Shown here: one piece after another, positions 1 through 14,014 of the stretch | How the letters are laid out: every line of letters starts with the position of its first letter | How positions within the stretch are numbered: position 1 is the stretch's first letter | Assembly: GCA_964016885.1 (NCBI GenBank) | Contig: OZ024740.1 | Coordinates: forward strand, 118,482,001-118,546,000 | From: Eledone cirrhosa | Taxonomy: Eukaryota | DNA: 64,000 nt | Direction of reading: 5' to 3' | Position numbers and translations under genes: made by a program | Notes under the pieces: model-generated | Told to the model about the DNA's origin: nothing | What the model saw: only the letters and a program-made list of their open reading frames with translations | Databases searched by the model: none

Positions 1-170
1 ATGCGTTGGCTATCCCCTCAAGGTGGGAGGCAGGAAGCGATATGTATATGAAGCCTGTATCATCCCACGTTTACACAGAGACATCGGAGCACCCCACTAT
101 AGAACAAGCTATGTGAAAGATTCACCACTATCAACAGACCCCAGTGGTCTACAGGAATACAGAGAGAATA
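1..170 (+). pseudogene. Decayed C-terminus of a PLE GIY-YIG domain
   Basis: Mixed-frame translation KVGGRK..YEACII...NKLCERF resembles the YNGGHKCCDLCISESYEI..LLNKLSE tail of the PLE fragment at 34116-34379. Confidence 0.35.
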
Positions 171-480
171 GACTAACGACGACAACGTCAACCAACTACT
201 ACAGACATTTCAGAGATATACAAACCATTACCCTCTCTCTCACTCACTATGGTCTCAGACTCACGACAACAACGTCAACCTTCTGAACATTTGGTAACTG
301 TTTTATTGTACTTTTTAATTGATTCACGTGAAGTAAACCATATATAAACGAAAATCTTAATTCTTATTATTCATGTTATTAAATCTAACAATTTTGTTAT
401 AATCATTTCTAATAAGCACATATAACCATCTAATTACTTTAAAAAAAACCTTCGTTAAATATATACATATGTTTTATATA

Positions 481-548
<68 letters not shown>

Positions 549-624
549 AAAGTGTGTTTTTTTTTACAAAATGAAAAATAACCGGGTGTCCTACACGAGT
601 GAAAGTATAAAGAAAAAAAGATTA

Positions 625-882
625 AATCGAAAATGCAACTGGAGTCTTATTAAAAAAAATATATATATATATTTATTTGGTTCCTTTACTGGTTTCGCAG
701 TTCTTCTGCTTTTCAAAAGTAGAATTGAGATGGAGGGTCTGTGGTTTTTCTCATATCTGAGAAAAAACAAACACGCTCCATCTCAATTCTACTTTTGAAA
801 AGCAGGAGAACTGCGAAACCGGCAAAGGAACCAAATAAATATATTTTTAAAAAAAATAAGACTCCAGTTGCATTTTCGATTT
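625..882. repeat. Fold-back (about 120-bp arms) of a PLE pLTR fragment between (TA)n tracts
   Basis: The arm starting aatcgaaaatgcaactggagtcttatt is mirrored around ctcatatctgag. Each arm carries a variant HHR. Confidence 0.85.
792..827 (+). ncRNA. Variant minimal type I hammerhead (U3-A8 core); mirror copy at 684-719 on minus
   Basis: ctt-TTGAAAA-GCAG gagaa CTGC-GAAA-CCGG-ca-aag. The minus copy reads GAAA-CCAG-TA-aag, giving consensus GAAACCGGTA. Confidence 0.6.
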
Positions 883-956
883 CATCATTTTTTCTATATA
901 TATATATATACATATGTTTTCTATATATACATATGTTTTAGATATATATATATATG

Positions 957-1418
957 AGAGTATTGAAGTTTGCTTGAAGCATTGTGGAATAATAAGGTAA
1001 ATTTCTTTAAGTCGTATGGAAGCCTCGACAATGCAGTTGGGTAAATCTCCGGGTAACAAGATACGGTAGTGGAGAGTGTATGTGGGTGAACGTTGAGATG
1101 CGTGGCGTGTAGAAGACTGTAGCGTGTAGAAGAATGTAGGAAAGAGAATAAGGGATAAAAATAAAAATAATAACACGAGATAGGGAGAGATTTAATTGTC
1201 CCTCTATATTTCACATCCATCAACTGGGTTTTTTTTCCGGGGGGCGGGATGTTGTCTGTCGGAAAGGTGCGAAACGTGTCCTCCACTGTTCGTTCTTTTG
1301 AATATCTGAGGTATTCAACAGAGCACGCGTGTGCGTAAAATGTGGTCGGTCAAGCAGAGGTCGGCGGCCGAAATAGTTCTTTCAATTGTGGGAGTAGGGT
1401 GGAGCTAGCTGTCATTCC
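957..1418 (-). mobile_element. Solo pLTR fragment of PLE family B
   Basis: Reverse complement of about 12385-12877, flanked by (TA)n. Confidence 0.85.
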
Positions 1419-2369
1419 ATATATATATATATATACATATGTTATATATATATATATATAGTAATAAGAATATTTATATTTATATATATTTGATATAACT
1501 ATAAATATGTAGGGTAGTACTAAGTACTAGCCGATTACCGGTATGACAAAAGGCTCAATGCAAATTTTCAAGTGTTTTACAGAGCCGAGATACAAAGTGT
1601 TATAACGATCAAATTTTAGTTTAGAGCATTTATTTGCTAACAATTGTTTCTTCCAGAGAGGAGTCTGGGATCATCGGAGGATAAGGAATGTCGAAACATG
1701 TAACTAAAATCCTAGTCATTTAGAATATTTAGGGTACATAATTGTTATTAGTGTCAAAGGCATCATGTGGAGAGTCAGGAGTTAAAAATATGTTCTGCTT
1801 GAAAGAACACAATTACAGGCAGCACTGGTTGGAAGTGTAATAGGTATAAGTAAAAATCACAAGCAAAAAAATCTCAAGCTGAAAAAAACACAGGCAAAAA
1901 AGTTATAAGCAAGGAAAATGGGTGTACAATGCAGGAGTCAAAACAGTCAATAAGGCATGTATGAGGAAAGAGTTATAATGCAGTTGAAATAAACATATTT
2001 TGTGTGGGGCGTTAAAGCATGTTATAATTGTTATAAATGTTTAAGATAGTGTGCAATTTGTGAGAGAGGCATGTGGTGATAATGTAGGTATTTGTTATGT
2101 AAGGTGTAATGCAAAACAAGTGATAGAGTTGGGTATGTGATTTTCATTTAAGTGTGTTTGTGTTGTAGTTCGTATGTATGTGTATGTGTTGTTTGTTACT
2201 CACAGCTATTAACCATGGGATTATTTTGAGTCGTTTATAGTCAATAGGTGTTTGTTTGTTAAATGTAAATTCCGCCGAATTACTGGCCATGTTGTTATTT
2301 TAGGTATATTATTTTATGCATTTTTTATCTACAAATTATCTTTTCTAGGGTTTGTATTAACCATTATTA

Positions 2370-3350
2370 AGCTGTTAAACGAAATACACAAGAACCTACC
2401 TTACCTCAATGGTGGCCTTTACCGAGACGACGCACCTTTCCTCTTAGACTATAAAAAGTTCAATAGAGAAAGAGCTAGAAAACAATTACATAAAATGTTT
2501 AAAAACTATAACTTAGGTATCACTTTAGATAAAAACACCAAAAATCTTAACTTCTTGGACGTCACTCTCTACTTAGACTCTAAAAAATACACACCTTATC
2601 ATAAACCTAATGAAAAACTTTTCTATGTTAATACTAACTCTAGCCACCCTAAATCTGTACTGACCTCAATCATTAAAGGGGTATCTAATACAATCTTTAG
2701 CCTTTCTTACATCGAGAATACATTTAATCGTAACTACCAATACTATAATGAAGCCTTAGCCCGTTCTGGCCATAGAGATAAAATTAAATTTAAACCTAAA
2801 TCGTCAACCGCCCATAGACAACCTAATATAATTTCACACAACAAGGCCATGAATAATCATAATACTAGAAGTAGAAACAGAAACAACCACTCAAATGCAT
2901 ACCCCCTTAACCAGTATAGTAGTTACCAAAACAATTGTAATTGTAGGCCTAACAAGACATTCCTATTAAATAAGAACTGCCTAATTAAAGACATTGTCTA
3001 CTCCGGTACTGTACGACTAATCACATCTCGAAAGTTTATATAGGCTCAATATCGAATAGCTTTAAGACCAGATATAATTCACACCTTCATTCGTTCAGAA
3101 ACCCTAAACTTAGCAACGTAACCTCACTATCCACATACATACACTCATTAAAATCAAGTAACATACCATACACCTTAAAATGGGAAGTGATAGCTAAGGC
3201 CCCTTCATATCGACCACCTAACAAATTTTGCATCCTCGAGTCTAAAAATATTATTCACTCTAACCTTAGCCTACTAAATAGGAAATCAGAGATCTTCTAC
3301 ACGTGTCCACATTACCATAGATTCTCGTTCCACTACTTCAAACCTAGTAA
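2370..3350 (+). pseudogene. PLE RT C-terminus/thumb plus GIY-YIG, frameshifted
   Basis: ORF 2252-3043 has YRDD and FLD motifs. The YIG-equivalent follows in a shifted frame. Confidence 0.85.
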
Positions 3351-3683
3351 CTACTACTAATAATAATAAAAATAAAAATAAAGACCAATGTCGGAGATAA
3401 CACTAGACCACCTTTTAATTTATCCAACTAGACCTTCATTCATCCAACTAGACGTTCACGAATATAGGACTACACCTTAATTAAAAAACCACACTGACCT
3501 AATTACAGTCAATAAACCCCTGTTTGATCTCTTACCTTATACAATTAAAAGATTTAAATAATATAGACACTCTAATAAAGTCTCAATATACAACACCAAC
3601 TAAATAGCAGACAACTGTGTATATAACTCCAATTACTCCAGTATATATTATGCAACTCACTATCCTCTCATAAAAAACTTCAA

Positions 3684-3768
<85 letters not shown>

Positions 3769-4807
3769 ATATGTGTGTGTGTGTGTATACCTATGTGTGT
3801 GTGTGTATATATGTATATATATATATATGCATTCTCACACATATGTATATACCTTATATTATATATACATATACTATGTAAAAACTATCTAGTTATAATA
3901 AACTAAATAAAAAAATGTTTTTAACCCCCTCCAGATAATTATATAACCAATAATATTCTATATTTTATATACTCTATAAAGATTAATTTATAACAATACC
4001 ACAATATAAGAACAACCCTCAATTTATCAACAACCTTAATTACATCCCTTTGTTATTAACCCGCTTTACAACTTCCTGTGTAACATTATAAACTTAAGCA
4101 ACATAACGGTTCATCAAGAGCTCAATAACGGTTAATACAAACCCTAGAAAAGATAATTTGCAGATAAAAAATGCATAAAATAATATACCTAAAATAACAA
4201 CATGGCTAGGAATTCGGCGGAATTTACATTTAACAAACAAACACCTATTGACTATAAACAACTCAAAATAATGCCATGGTTAATAGTTGTGAGTAACAAA
4301 CAACACATACACATACATACGAACTACAACTCAAAAACACTTAAATGAAAATCACATACCCAACTCTATCACGTGCTTTGCATTAGACCTTACATAACAA
4401 ATACCTACATTATCACCACATGCCTCTCTAACAAATTGCACACTATCTTAAACATTTATAACAATTATAACATGCTTTAACACCCCACACAAAATATGTT
4501 TATTTCAACTGCATTATAACTCTTTCCTCATACATGCCTTATTGACTGTATTGACTCCAGCATTGTATACCAATTTTCCTTGCTTATAACTTTTTTGCCT
4601 GTGTTTTTTTCAGCTTGTGATTTTTTTGCTTGTGATTTTTACTTATACCTATTACACTTCCAACCAGTGCTGCCTGTAATTGTGTTCTTTCAAGCAGAAC
4701 ATATTTTTAACTCCTGACTCTCCACATGATGCCTTTGACACTATTAACAATTATGTATCCTAAATGTTCTAATGACTAGGATTTTAGTTACATGTTTCGA
4801 CATTCCT

Positions 4808-4856
4808 TATCCTCCGATGATCCCAGACTCCCCTCTGGAAGAAACAATTGTCAACA
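4808..4856 (+). ncRNA. Decayed minimal hammerhead in family A pLTR (mirror about 1637-1680 on minus)
   Basis: CCGATGA-tcCCAGA ctcccc TCTGGaa-GAAA-CAATTG-TC. U4 is changed to C and stem I pairs poorly. Confidence 0.5.
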
Positions 4857-4938
4857 AATAAATGTTCTAAACTAAAATTTGATCGTTTTAACACTTTGTA
4901 TATATATATTCATACATGTTTTACATATATATATACAC

Positions 4939-5039
<101 letters not shown>

Positions 5040-5616
5040 AATGAAAATAGCCCGAGAAAGGGGACTGTCCATCATCAGTAGTCTGCTGATTATCATTGGT
5101 ATTTCTTCGCATTAAAGACTTAATATCTCAAAATCAGTGCGAACGATAACTAAAATAAGTTATCGGGACAGAGCGAATTGGAAGGGGAAATATATATATA
5201 CACATGTTTTATATATACACATATGTTTTATATACATATATATATATACATACATATATATATATATACACATGTTTTATATACATATATATATACCCAT
5301 ATATATATAATGTGTATCGTGAAATAGTCTTTTCAAGACTATACAGAGCATTTGACGTTGTCCCAAATTGAAGGATGAGTACTTTAGACTTTGTTTTATC
5401 ATGAGTTAAGGCTCTATTGATTTTTCCCTGGATTTCTCTAAATTCTGTTGGATAAATCTATATCCTGATTCCTTTTGAATTGAGTCTGAATTATTTTTCC
5501 CATATCTTATGTTAACTATTTTCCCATTTTGACGCTATAGTCACATATATGTTATGGAATACTGTTAGCTTCTCGCTACAACAATTCCTATACTTTTCAT
5601 TTATATATATATACTC

Positions 5617-5840
5617 GAGTGAAGGCGTGTGGCTGAGTGGTTAGAGAATTAAATTCGCAATCGTAAGGTTGTGAGTTCGATTCCTGGACCAGGCGAGGCG
5701 TTATGTCCTTGAGCAAGACACTTTATTTCACGTTGCTCCTACCTGGAGTTGCGACAGATAGATAGTATTAGCAATTGGAAAGACCAACGGAAACATTGTT
5801 CCCTCGGTCCGATTTGACGAAAGTCGATCGTTCCTTTTTT
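5617..5840 (+). mobile_element. tRNA-derived SINE with 11-bp TSD
   Basis: A box tggctgagtgg, B box gagttcgattcc, central gtccttgagcaagacacttt and T-rich tail. tatatatactc occurs at 5606-5616 and 5841-5851. Confidence 0.85.
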
Positions 5841-6136
5841 TATATATACTCAAATTTATTTCCTAGAGTGCTTAAATTATTTGTGACTAATCCCGGTACT
5901 TTTTTAGAAAAAGATCGCGATGATATTGCTTTTTGCTGAACTCCTTTTGTAGAGTTTTCTTTCGGAATGTTTTTGACTGTTGTTTCATGTAAACAAACAT
6001 TTGTCTCATTCTGACATCACCAGCCCTGTTTTTCCACATGTGCGTTTATTTTAATAATCACCAATGATGTTAAACTAGCCTGCTATTAAATTCCCTTTTT
6101 GGCATATTACCAGTGAGACCTTGGTTACCATGTTGA

Positions 6137-6218
6137 GCTCTGCTGATGAATGAAATTCAACCGTGACCATCCCCACTGGAAGTTTTCGTGAAATAGTCTT
6201 TTCAAGACTATACAGAGC
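6137..6218 (+). ncRNA. Type I hammerhead ribozyme, canonical core
   Basis: GCTCTG-CTGATGA-ATGAAA..TTTCGT-GAAA-TAGTCTT ttc AAGACTA-TA-CAGAGC. Stems I and III are perfect; predicted cleavage after AUA at 6212. Confidence 0.9.
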
Positions 6219-6486
6219 ATTTGAAGTTGTCCCAAATTGAAGGTTGTGTACTTTAGACTTTGTTTTATCATGAGTTAAGGCTCTATGGATTTTTTCCCTG
6301 GATTTCTCTAAATTCTGTTGGATAAATCTATATCCTGAATTGAGTCTGAATAATTTTTCCCATATCTCATGTTAACTATTTTCCCATTTTGACGTAATAG
6401 TCGCATATATGTTATTGAATACTGTTAGCTTCTCGCTACAACAATTTCTATACTTTTCATTTATATTTATTTATATATATATATAT

Positions 6487-6695
6487 ATATTGTTATACTT
6501 TGGGAGGGTCATGTTGCCAATAAGAAACACACGCACCAGTTGCTTTCACTTCAATTTATTATATATTTATAAATTTATAAATTTACAAATCTACAAACTT
6601 ATAAATTTCTGGTTGGTTGGCAACATGACCCTCCCAAAGTATAACAATATCGGTTTCAACACACGATTTCAGATAAAGAATCTTGCTAAACAAAT
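6487..6695. mobile_element. Short non-autonomous element with 34-bp inverted repeat, related to family C termini
   Basis: atattgttatactttgggagggtcatgttgccaa (6487-6520) is mirrored at 6617-6650. The same motif occurs at about 21885-21915 and 26228-26250. Confidence 0.7.
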
Positions 6696-6704
6696 TCAGA
6701 AACG

Positions 6705-7520
<816 letters not shown>

Positions 7521-7614
7521 TGAAATGTATAAAAATATAAAAATATAAAAGTATTAAAAATAAACTTGTAAAATATGCAAAACTATATTAAAAATATATA
7601 AAAAATAATTGTTT

Positions 7615-7780
7615 CTACTTTAGGCACAAGGCCAGCAATTACCCAGTGCATTACTGTTACTTTATTTTATCGACCCCGTAAGGATGAAAGGCAAAATTAA
7701 CCTCGGCAGGATTTGAACTCAGACCATAAAGGACCGTAACTCTATGCTGCAAAGTATGGTGTCCGACGCTCTACTGATAC
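7615..7780 (-). mobile_element. tRNA-SINE with Meta-like central domain; relatives at about 41760-41855, 46340-46500, 46830-46960, 49530-49665 and 51145-51340
   Basis: Minus strand has B box gagttcaaatcc followed by gcctttcatcctt.cggggtcgataaaataaagta.cag. Confidence 0.8.
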
Positions 7781-7869
7781 TGCTAATTAATAAAAAATAA
7801 TGACTATAACTGTATAAAAAGTATCTGGAGTGGGAATGCAGCGAGTATATGGTGCTGCACATCGAGATA

Positions 7870-8990
7870 TTACGTGAGAAAATAGGTGCAAGGTAGGGAG
7901 AAAGTGCGCATGGGGGTATGATGTTTAGTGCATGCAGCGTCTCACATACCGGTATATCGGTACGTTCAGACATACTTTGGTGTACATGTTGATAGAGTTG
8001 GCTTATGGTGCAATCGTGGATTAATCCACTTATAGAAACCTCAAGCAGAATTTCATATGTTGAGCTCATGGGAATAATGCAAAGGGTATACACAGAACAT
8101 ACAAAGAAGGCATACAGAATATACGCAAATACATACATATATAATATATAAGCATATAAATATATAAGGAAAGCGTATAAAAAACACATTGGGTTGTACA
8201 TAAAATATATTACTGAGGTGTTACATAATGTGATACGTGGAGAATGTATATACACACTACTTAAAAGACCGTACCATCCGGTGGTGTCCACGCGGAGAGT
8301 GTGCATCTTCTCTGGTGCTTGAATGTCAAATGATCTCCGATTTCAGGTTGACTGCGTCATCCTTTAATCTCACTATCTCCATAGCCTCGGATAAGCATAG
8401 CCTGCACTTCTTGTCGCCAGTCGAATATACACTGGCGTGTTGAACAATACACCAGTTGAGATCACACGGGGATGCCGGTGTCCTTCAAGTCCCATATTTC
8501 GTCTGCCAGCCTAGTGGAGTGTCTCTTGCTCCGGTCCTTAAAAGAACTTGTGTGATTGTACATCCTCGATTTAAAGGCCGTGGATGTTGCACCGATGTAA
8601 GTGCGCTTGGTGTTGTGCGTGTTAACCACATATTTATATACAACACCCTTCGTTAGGCATCTTCCCTGCAAATGGCAATGCGTGCTTACTCTGCAATTGC
8701 ATGTTAGGTCGTTATGTTGTGCATTTCTTACGCTGGTTTCTGGCCCTGTTTAGCCGTTCCCCCGATTCTGCGGGTGTTGTTCTGTTATTGCGGTGTGCCC
8801 CCCTCCATCATCCAGTTCTCTTGGTAGTCAATCACTGCGTTTTCCGCGGGTGTACCGGCTACTGTGGAGACCGGACCGTAGTTGGAAACCCTGTCAACAT
8901 GTGCCGCTCCAGGATCGGGAGCCGCCTGCCGCAGTTGGCAGTCGAATTTCAACAACTTCACCGCATTGGTTTAGGCCATATAGTCTGCCG
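7870..8990 (-). mobile_element. Decayed PLE 3' portion (GIY-YIG and 3' UTR)
   Basis: ORF 8462-8671 reads GRCLTKGVVYK..YIGATSTAFKSRMYNHTSSF..STRLADEIWDLKD. Confidence 0.8.
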
Positions 8991-9156
8991 CGTGTTTGCA
9001 CACATATATGTGTGTGTAGACATGTATGTGCGGGTGTAGGTATATGCGTGTATGTATATATATATGTGTGTGTATGAATATCTACGTGTGTATGCGTGGG
9101 GGTATATATATATGTACGTGTGTATGCGTGGGTGAATATATATATATATATATATA

Positions 9157-9688
9157 TATTTCTTTAAGTCGTTTGGAAGACTCGACAATGCAGATGGGTA
9201 AATCTCCGGGTAACAAGATACGGTGGTGGAGAGATAGATGTAAGTGGGTGTACGTTGAGATGCGTGGTGTGTATAAGTCTGTAACGTGTAGAGGAATGAA
9301 GCAAAGAGCGTAAGGATAAAAATAAAAATAACAACACGAGAAAGAGTTATTACCTTGGGAAAGATTTAATTGTCCCTATATATTTCGGATTCACATCCAG
9401 CAACTGAAGTTTTTTCCGGGGGAGGGGGGAGGTTGTCTGTCGGAAAGGTGCGAAACGTGTCCTCCGCTGTTGGTTGATTTAAGTATCTGAGGTATTCAGC
9501 AGAGCGCGCGTGCGCGTGAAATAGGGTCGGTCAGGCAGAGGTCAGCGGCCGAAGTAGTTCTTTCAATTGTGGGAGTGGGGTGGCGCTAGCTGTCAGTCCA
9601 TTCTCTGCCTGTTTGGTGAATGTTACTGTGTGTGTGTGTGCCTTGTTACTCTGTATTGGCAGTGTAGTATGTTCGTATGTTGGAATGC

Positions 9689-9725
<37 letters not shown>

Positions 9726-12700
9726 TGTGTGAGTGCGTGTGTTGCTGTCTCACTTGTGTGTGTGCGTGTGTTGCTGCATCGTTTGTTAACTTAAACCAAC
9801 CACCTCATTTCGCTTCTCTCGATCGGTTGTTTAATTGTGGCCCTAGGCGTTTGATCCAAAGTGCTTCCTTGATACGTAACGTGCCGACGTTTCTTTCTGT
9901 CGCTAGAATTGTGACAATGGGCCTTCCGTCTTTGTTTCCGCATTTGGCTCTGTGTTTCCGGAAAGACGAGGCCCTGGTTTTAGTGTGCTCCTTGATCCGG
10001 ATGTGCAACGGCCGGATTGTGCTACTATATAGTATTGGTTGCACTTGTTACATTCTATCTTATACACGACGTATGTGCGTAGGCAACAGTTCGCATGGCG
10101 CATCTGGCAGTCTCTGAGGGAGCACGCGTCAGTTGATTTCCCGGGTTTCCTGGAGAGGCATCTTCGCAGGGAGGGGCCCGAGTGGGCCAGATGGATGTCG
10201 AGGCCCTCCCTTCGTATAGCTTTGCGGATAGCGTTGGTGCAACCCACGCACACACACACACACAGTAGCATTCCACCATACGAACATAATACACTACCAA
10301 TACAGAGAACAAGGCAACAACACACGCACACACACACACACACTCAAGCGTGACAACAACACATACACACACACACACAGTAACATTCACCAAACCGGCA
10401 GAGAATGTACTGACAGCTAACGCCACTCCACTCTCACAATTGAAAGAACTACTTCGGCCGCTGATCTCTGCCTGACCGACCCCATTTCACGCGCACACGC
10501 GCTCTGCTGAATACCTCAGATATTATAAACAACGAACAGCGGAGGACACGTTTCGTACCTTTCCGACAGACAACCTCTCCCCCCGCCTCCCGGAAAAAAC
10601 CCAGTTGATGGATCTGAATCCGAAATATATAGGGACAATTAAATCTCTCCCAAGGTAACTCTTTCTCGTGTTGTTATTTTTATTTTTATCCTTTACGCTC
10701 TTTGCTTCATTTCTCTACACACCACGCATCTCAACGTACACCCACTTACATCTAGCTCTCCATCACCGGATATTGTTACCCGGAGATTTACCCATCTGCA
10801 TTGTCGAGGCTTCCAAACGACTTAAAGAAATTTACCTTATTATTCCACAATGCTTCAAGCAAACTTCAATACTCTCTTATCCTTACACCTGAGTCAGGAA
10901 TTGTTTGTATCCGTTAGGGAACTGTTTCGACTGTCGGAGAAATGGGCCAATGCTGGCTGTCAAATTATTTTCCTGAAACGCTGCCTAAAAAACGATGTCA
11001 TCCCCAACACCATCAGGAACATCCGTTTACCAGTAAGCCTACGTACACCAGCTTTCCAAAATACCACTAACCGCATACATCGCACATGTATTAAACAGAT
11101 CCTGAGACATCTCAACCGCCAATTACACGTCCATAAGCGGACAGTCTCAGAGCGGACACATCGACTGTCAATAACACCCGGCGACTTGCTCCTGAAAATC
11201 ACTAAAGCAATCGACCAGTGCTACCACTCCAGAGTCCAATACGAGAAAAAACGGCTCGAGCGGAAATATAAGTGGATCTTGTCTAAACTCCACAACGAGA
11301 ACATCGACACTAACGGACCAGAACCACGTGGAAAACAACAAACTAACAACCGCCACATCCACCAACACCGAGCCACACCTCAACGATGCGACGCAGTGTT
11401 GAACACCCCAACGACGACGGGTCACTTGCCCTCCTCGACTTCCGAATGAACATCACGGAACAGGGAGGAATCCACTGCAACTTGTACCGAAAGACAGCCT
11501 GCAGGGACCTGTTCGTCCACTACAAGTCCGCATTCCCTAACAGTGCCAAAAGAGCATACATCACGAACGAGATCGCGCGAATCAAAAACAGATGCAGCGA
11601 TCCCGCGAGTGGTGTCACTCATACCAAGCGATTCCTCTAGGTGCTGGTGACGACCGGGTACCCTTCTTCGCTCACAGACAGAGTATGAGACACCAGACAC
11701 AAAGAGACAGACCGGCACCCAAGGCAAGTGCTTCCTTAAAATGCCGCACCTAGGCGAGAATACCACCAACGCTATCCGAAAATCTATAAGGAGGGAGGGC
11801 CTCGACATCCACCTGGCCTACTCGGGCTCCTCCCTGCGACGATGCTCTCCAGGAAACCCGGGAAATCAACTGACGCGTGCTCCCTAAGAAACGGCCTGAT
11901 GCGCCATGCGAACTGTTGCCTACGCACATACGTCGTGTATAAGATAGAATGTAACAAGTGCAACCAATACTATATAGGTAGCATAATCCGGCCGTTGCAC
12001 ATCCGGATCAAGGAACACACTAAAACCAGGGCCTCGTCTTTCCGAAAACACATAGCCAAATGCGGAAACAAAGACGGAAGGCCCATTGTCAAAATTCTAG
12101 CGACAGAAAGAAACGTCGGCACGTTACATATCAAGGAAGTACTTTGGATCAAACGTCTAGGGCCACAATTAAACAACCGATCTGAAAGAAGCGAAATTAG
12201 ATGGTTGGTTTAAGTTAACAAACGATGCAGCAACACACGCACACACACACACACAGTAGCATTCCACCATACGAACATACTACACTGCCAATACAGAGGA
12301 ACAAGGCAACAACACACTCACACACACACAAGCGAGACAACAACACACGCACACACACAGTAACACCACCAAACAGGCAGAGAATGGACTGACAGCTAGC
12401 GCTACTCCACTCCCACAATTGAAAAACTACTTCGGCTGCTGACCTCTGCCAGACCGACCCATTTCACTCGCACGCGCGCTCTGCTGAAAACCTCAGATAT
12501 TCAAAACAACGAACAGCGGAGGACACGTTTCGCACCTTTCCGACAGACAACCTTTCCAACCCACCCCCGGAAAAAACCCCCAGTTGATGGATGTGAATCC
12601 GAAATATATAGGGACAATTAAATCTCTCCCAAGGTAATAACTCTTTCTCATGTTGTTATTTTTATTTTTATCCTTTACGCTCTTTGCTTCATTCCTCTAC

Positions 12701-12880
12701 ACGTTACAGACTTATACACACCACGCATCTCAACGTACACCCACTTACATCTATCTCTCCACCACCGTATCTTGTTACCCGGAGATTTACCCATCTGCAT
12801 TGTCGAGTCTTCCAAACGACTTAAAGAAATTTACCTTATTATTCCATAATGCTTCAAGCAAACTTCAATACTCTCTTATA
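9157..12880 (+). mobile_element. PLE family B: inverted 5' segment (9157-10237), 5' pLTR (10243-10866), internally deleted ORF, 3' pLTR (12214-12877)
   Basis: Direct and inverted pLTR copies. GIY-YIG motifs VVYKIECNKCNQYYIGS appear on both strands. Confidence 0.9.
10849..12213 (+). pseudogene. Family B ORF lacking the RT core
   Basis: The N-terminal region (FLKRCLKNDVIP) joins directly to thumb LALLDF and GIY-YIG, with stops and frameshifts. Confidence 0.85.
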
Positions 12881-12971
12881 TATATCTATCTAAGGCGGGT
12901 AAAATTCCCGAGATCCATGGACGAGTTCTCTCCAGCGGTCTCTGTCCCTCATTATCACTGCCATGGAGAGT

Positions 12972-13025
<54 letters not shown>

Positions 13026-13224
13026 TGTGTGTGTGTGTGTGTGTGTGTATGCATGTGTGTGTATATAAGAATCTCTGTGCACGTGTGTATATGTATGTGG
13101 ATATAGATATATATGTCTGAATGTGTGCGCGTGAAAAACTAGGCCCATTTGATTGCATATGTAAGCACGGGTGCGTATACATGGGCTGGATCTGTATATA
13201 TGTGTGTATATATATATGTATATG

Positions 13225-13301
<77 letters not shown>

Positions 13302-13310
13302 ATGTGGGTG

Positions 13311-13341
<31 letters not shown>

Positions 13342-14014
13342 ATATACATACACAAATAAAGATTCAGCGATAATCGCATTTTCGGCGGGCAGGAAAAGCG
13401 AAGCGTAACGCAAAAATCAGAAATGATACTGGCAAAATGCTCAATAGTTAAAACCCAGAGCTAAACAATGTGTTAAGAAGCCATACAAAACTGAAAAGGT
13501 GGTCAAGAAAGCATTAACCACCCAAGCCAAAAACCAAAACAAGCTATCAGGTCAAAACAAAATAAATGATAAAAAAATATTTAAAAAAACCAGACCTGAA
13601 CTCCCGGAATTGCTGTTAACATCCGATGTAGAGTTTCTGTGACACCTAAATCAAAATACAGTCTGCTTAAAAATATAAGCTTTGTGTATAACGATCGAAC
13701 AAGGAATATCACGTTATCAACAGGTAATTTCGCACTGTACCAAATAAGTGAATGACTCGGTGGTAAATTAAACCACGTGTGGAAATCACAAGGGGAATAT
13801 CTCCAGATTTGGCAAAGTAATTCAGTTGGTGTAGATCATGCAAAAAATAGCATAAATAGCACAAATCGAATAAGTTCTCAACCGAGAAGTTTAAAATAAA
13901 CATATACAATTAGCCTGTCAATAGAAATTATTAACAAGTTAATTGTAAGACATATATATATATATGTGTATGCACATGTGTGTGTATATCATATATATAT
14001 ATATATGTGTGTGG

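Larger units (their letters stand above)
1480..4900 (+). mobile_element. 5'-truncated Penelope-like element (family A) with about 770-bp inverted termini
   Basis: 1591-2363 is the reverse complement of 4130-4900. The interior encodes GLYRDDA, NFLDVTL, PYHKPNE..YVNTNSSHP and CNCR..CL..DIVY, then a frameshifted GIY-YIG. Confidence 0.9.
5317..6465 (+). repeat. HHR-bearing non-coding tandem repeat, about 1.4 units of about 635 bp, interrupted by a SINE
   Basis: 5318-5605 recurs at 6187-6465. The 869-bp period minus the 235-bp SINE and TSD gives about 634 bp. Confidence 0.8.

Noticed and set aside
5040-5090. CTGATGA-tggacagtcc on minus as a hammerhead
   Set aside because: No GAAA or stem III follows.
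5622-5695. tRNA genes here and at about 16195, 40955 and 51150
   Set aside because: A and B boxes are present but the cloverleaf stems are broken and they run into SINE or hairpin bodies.
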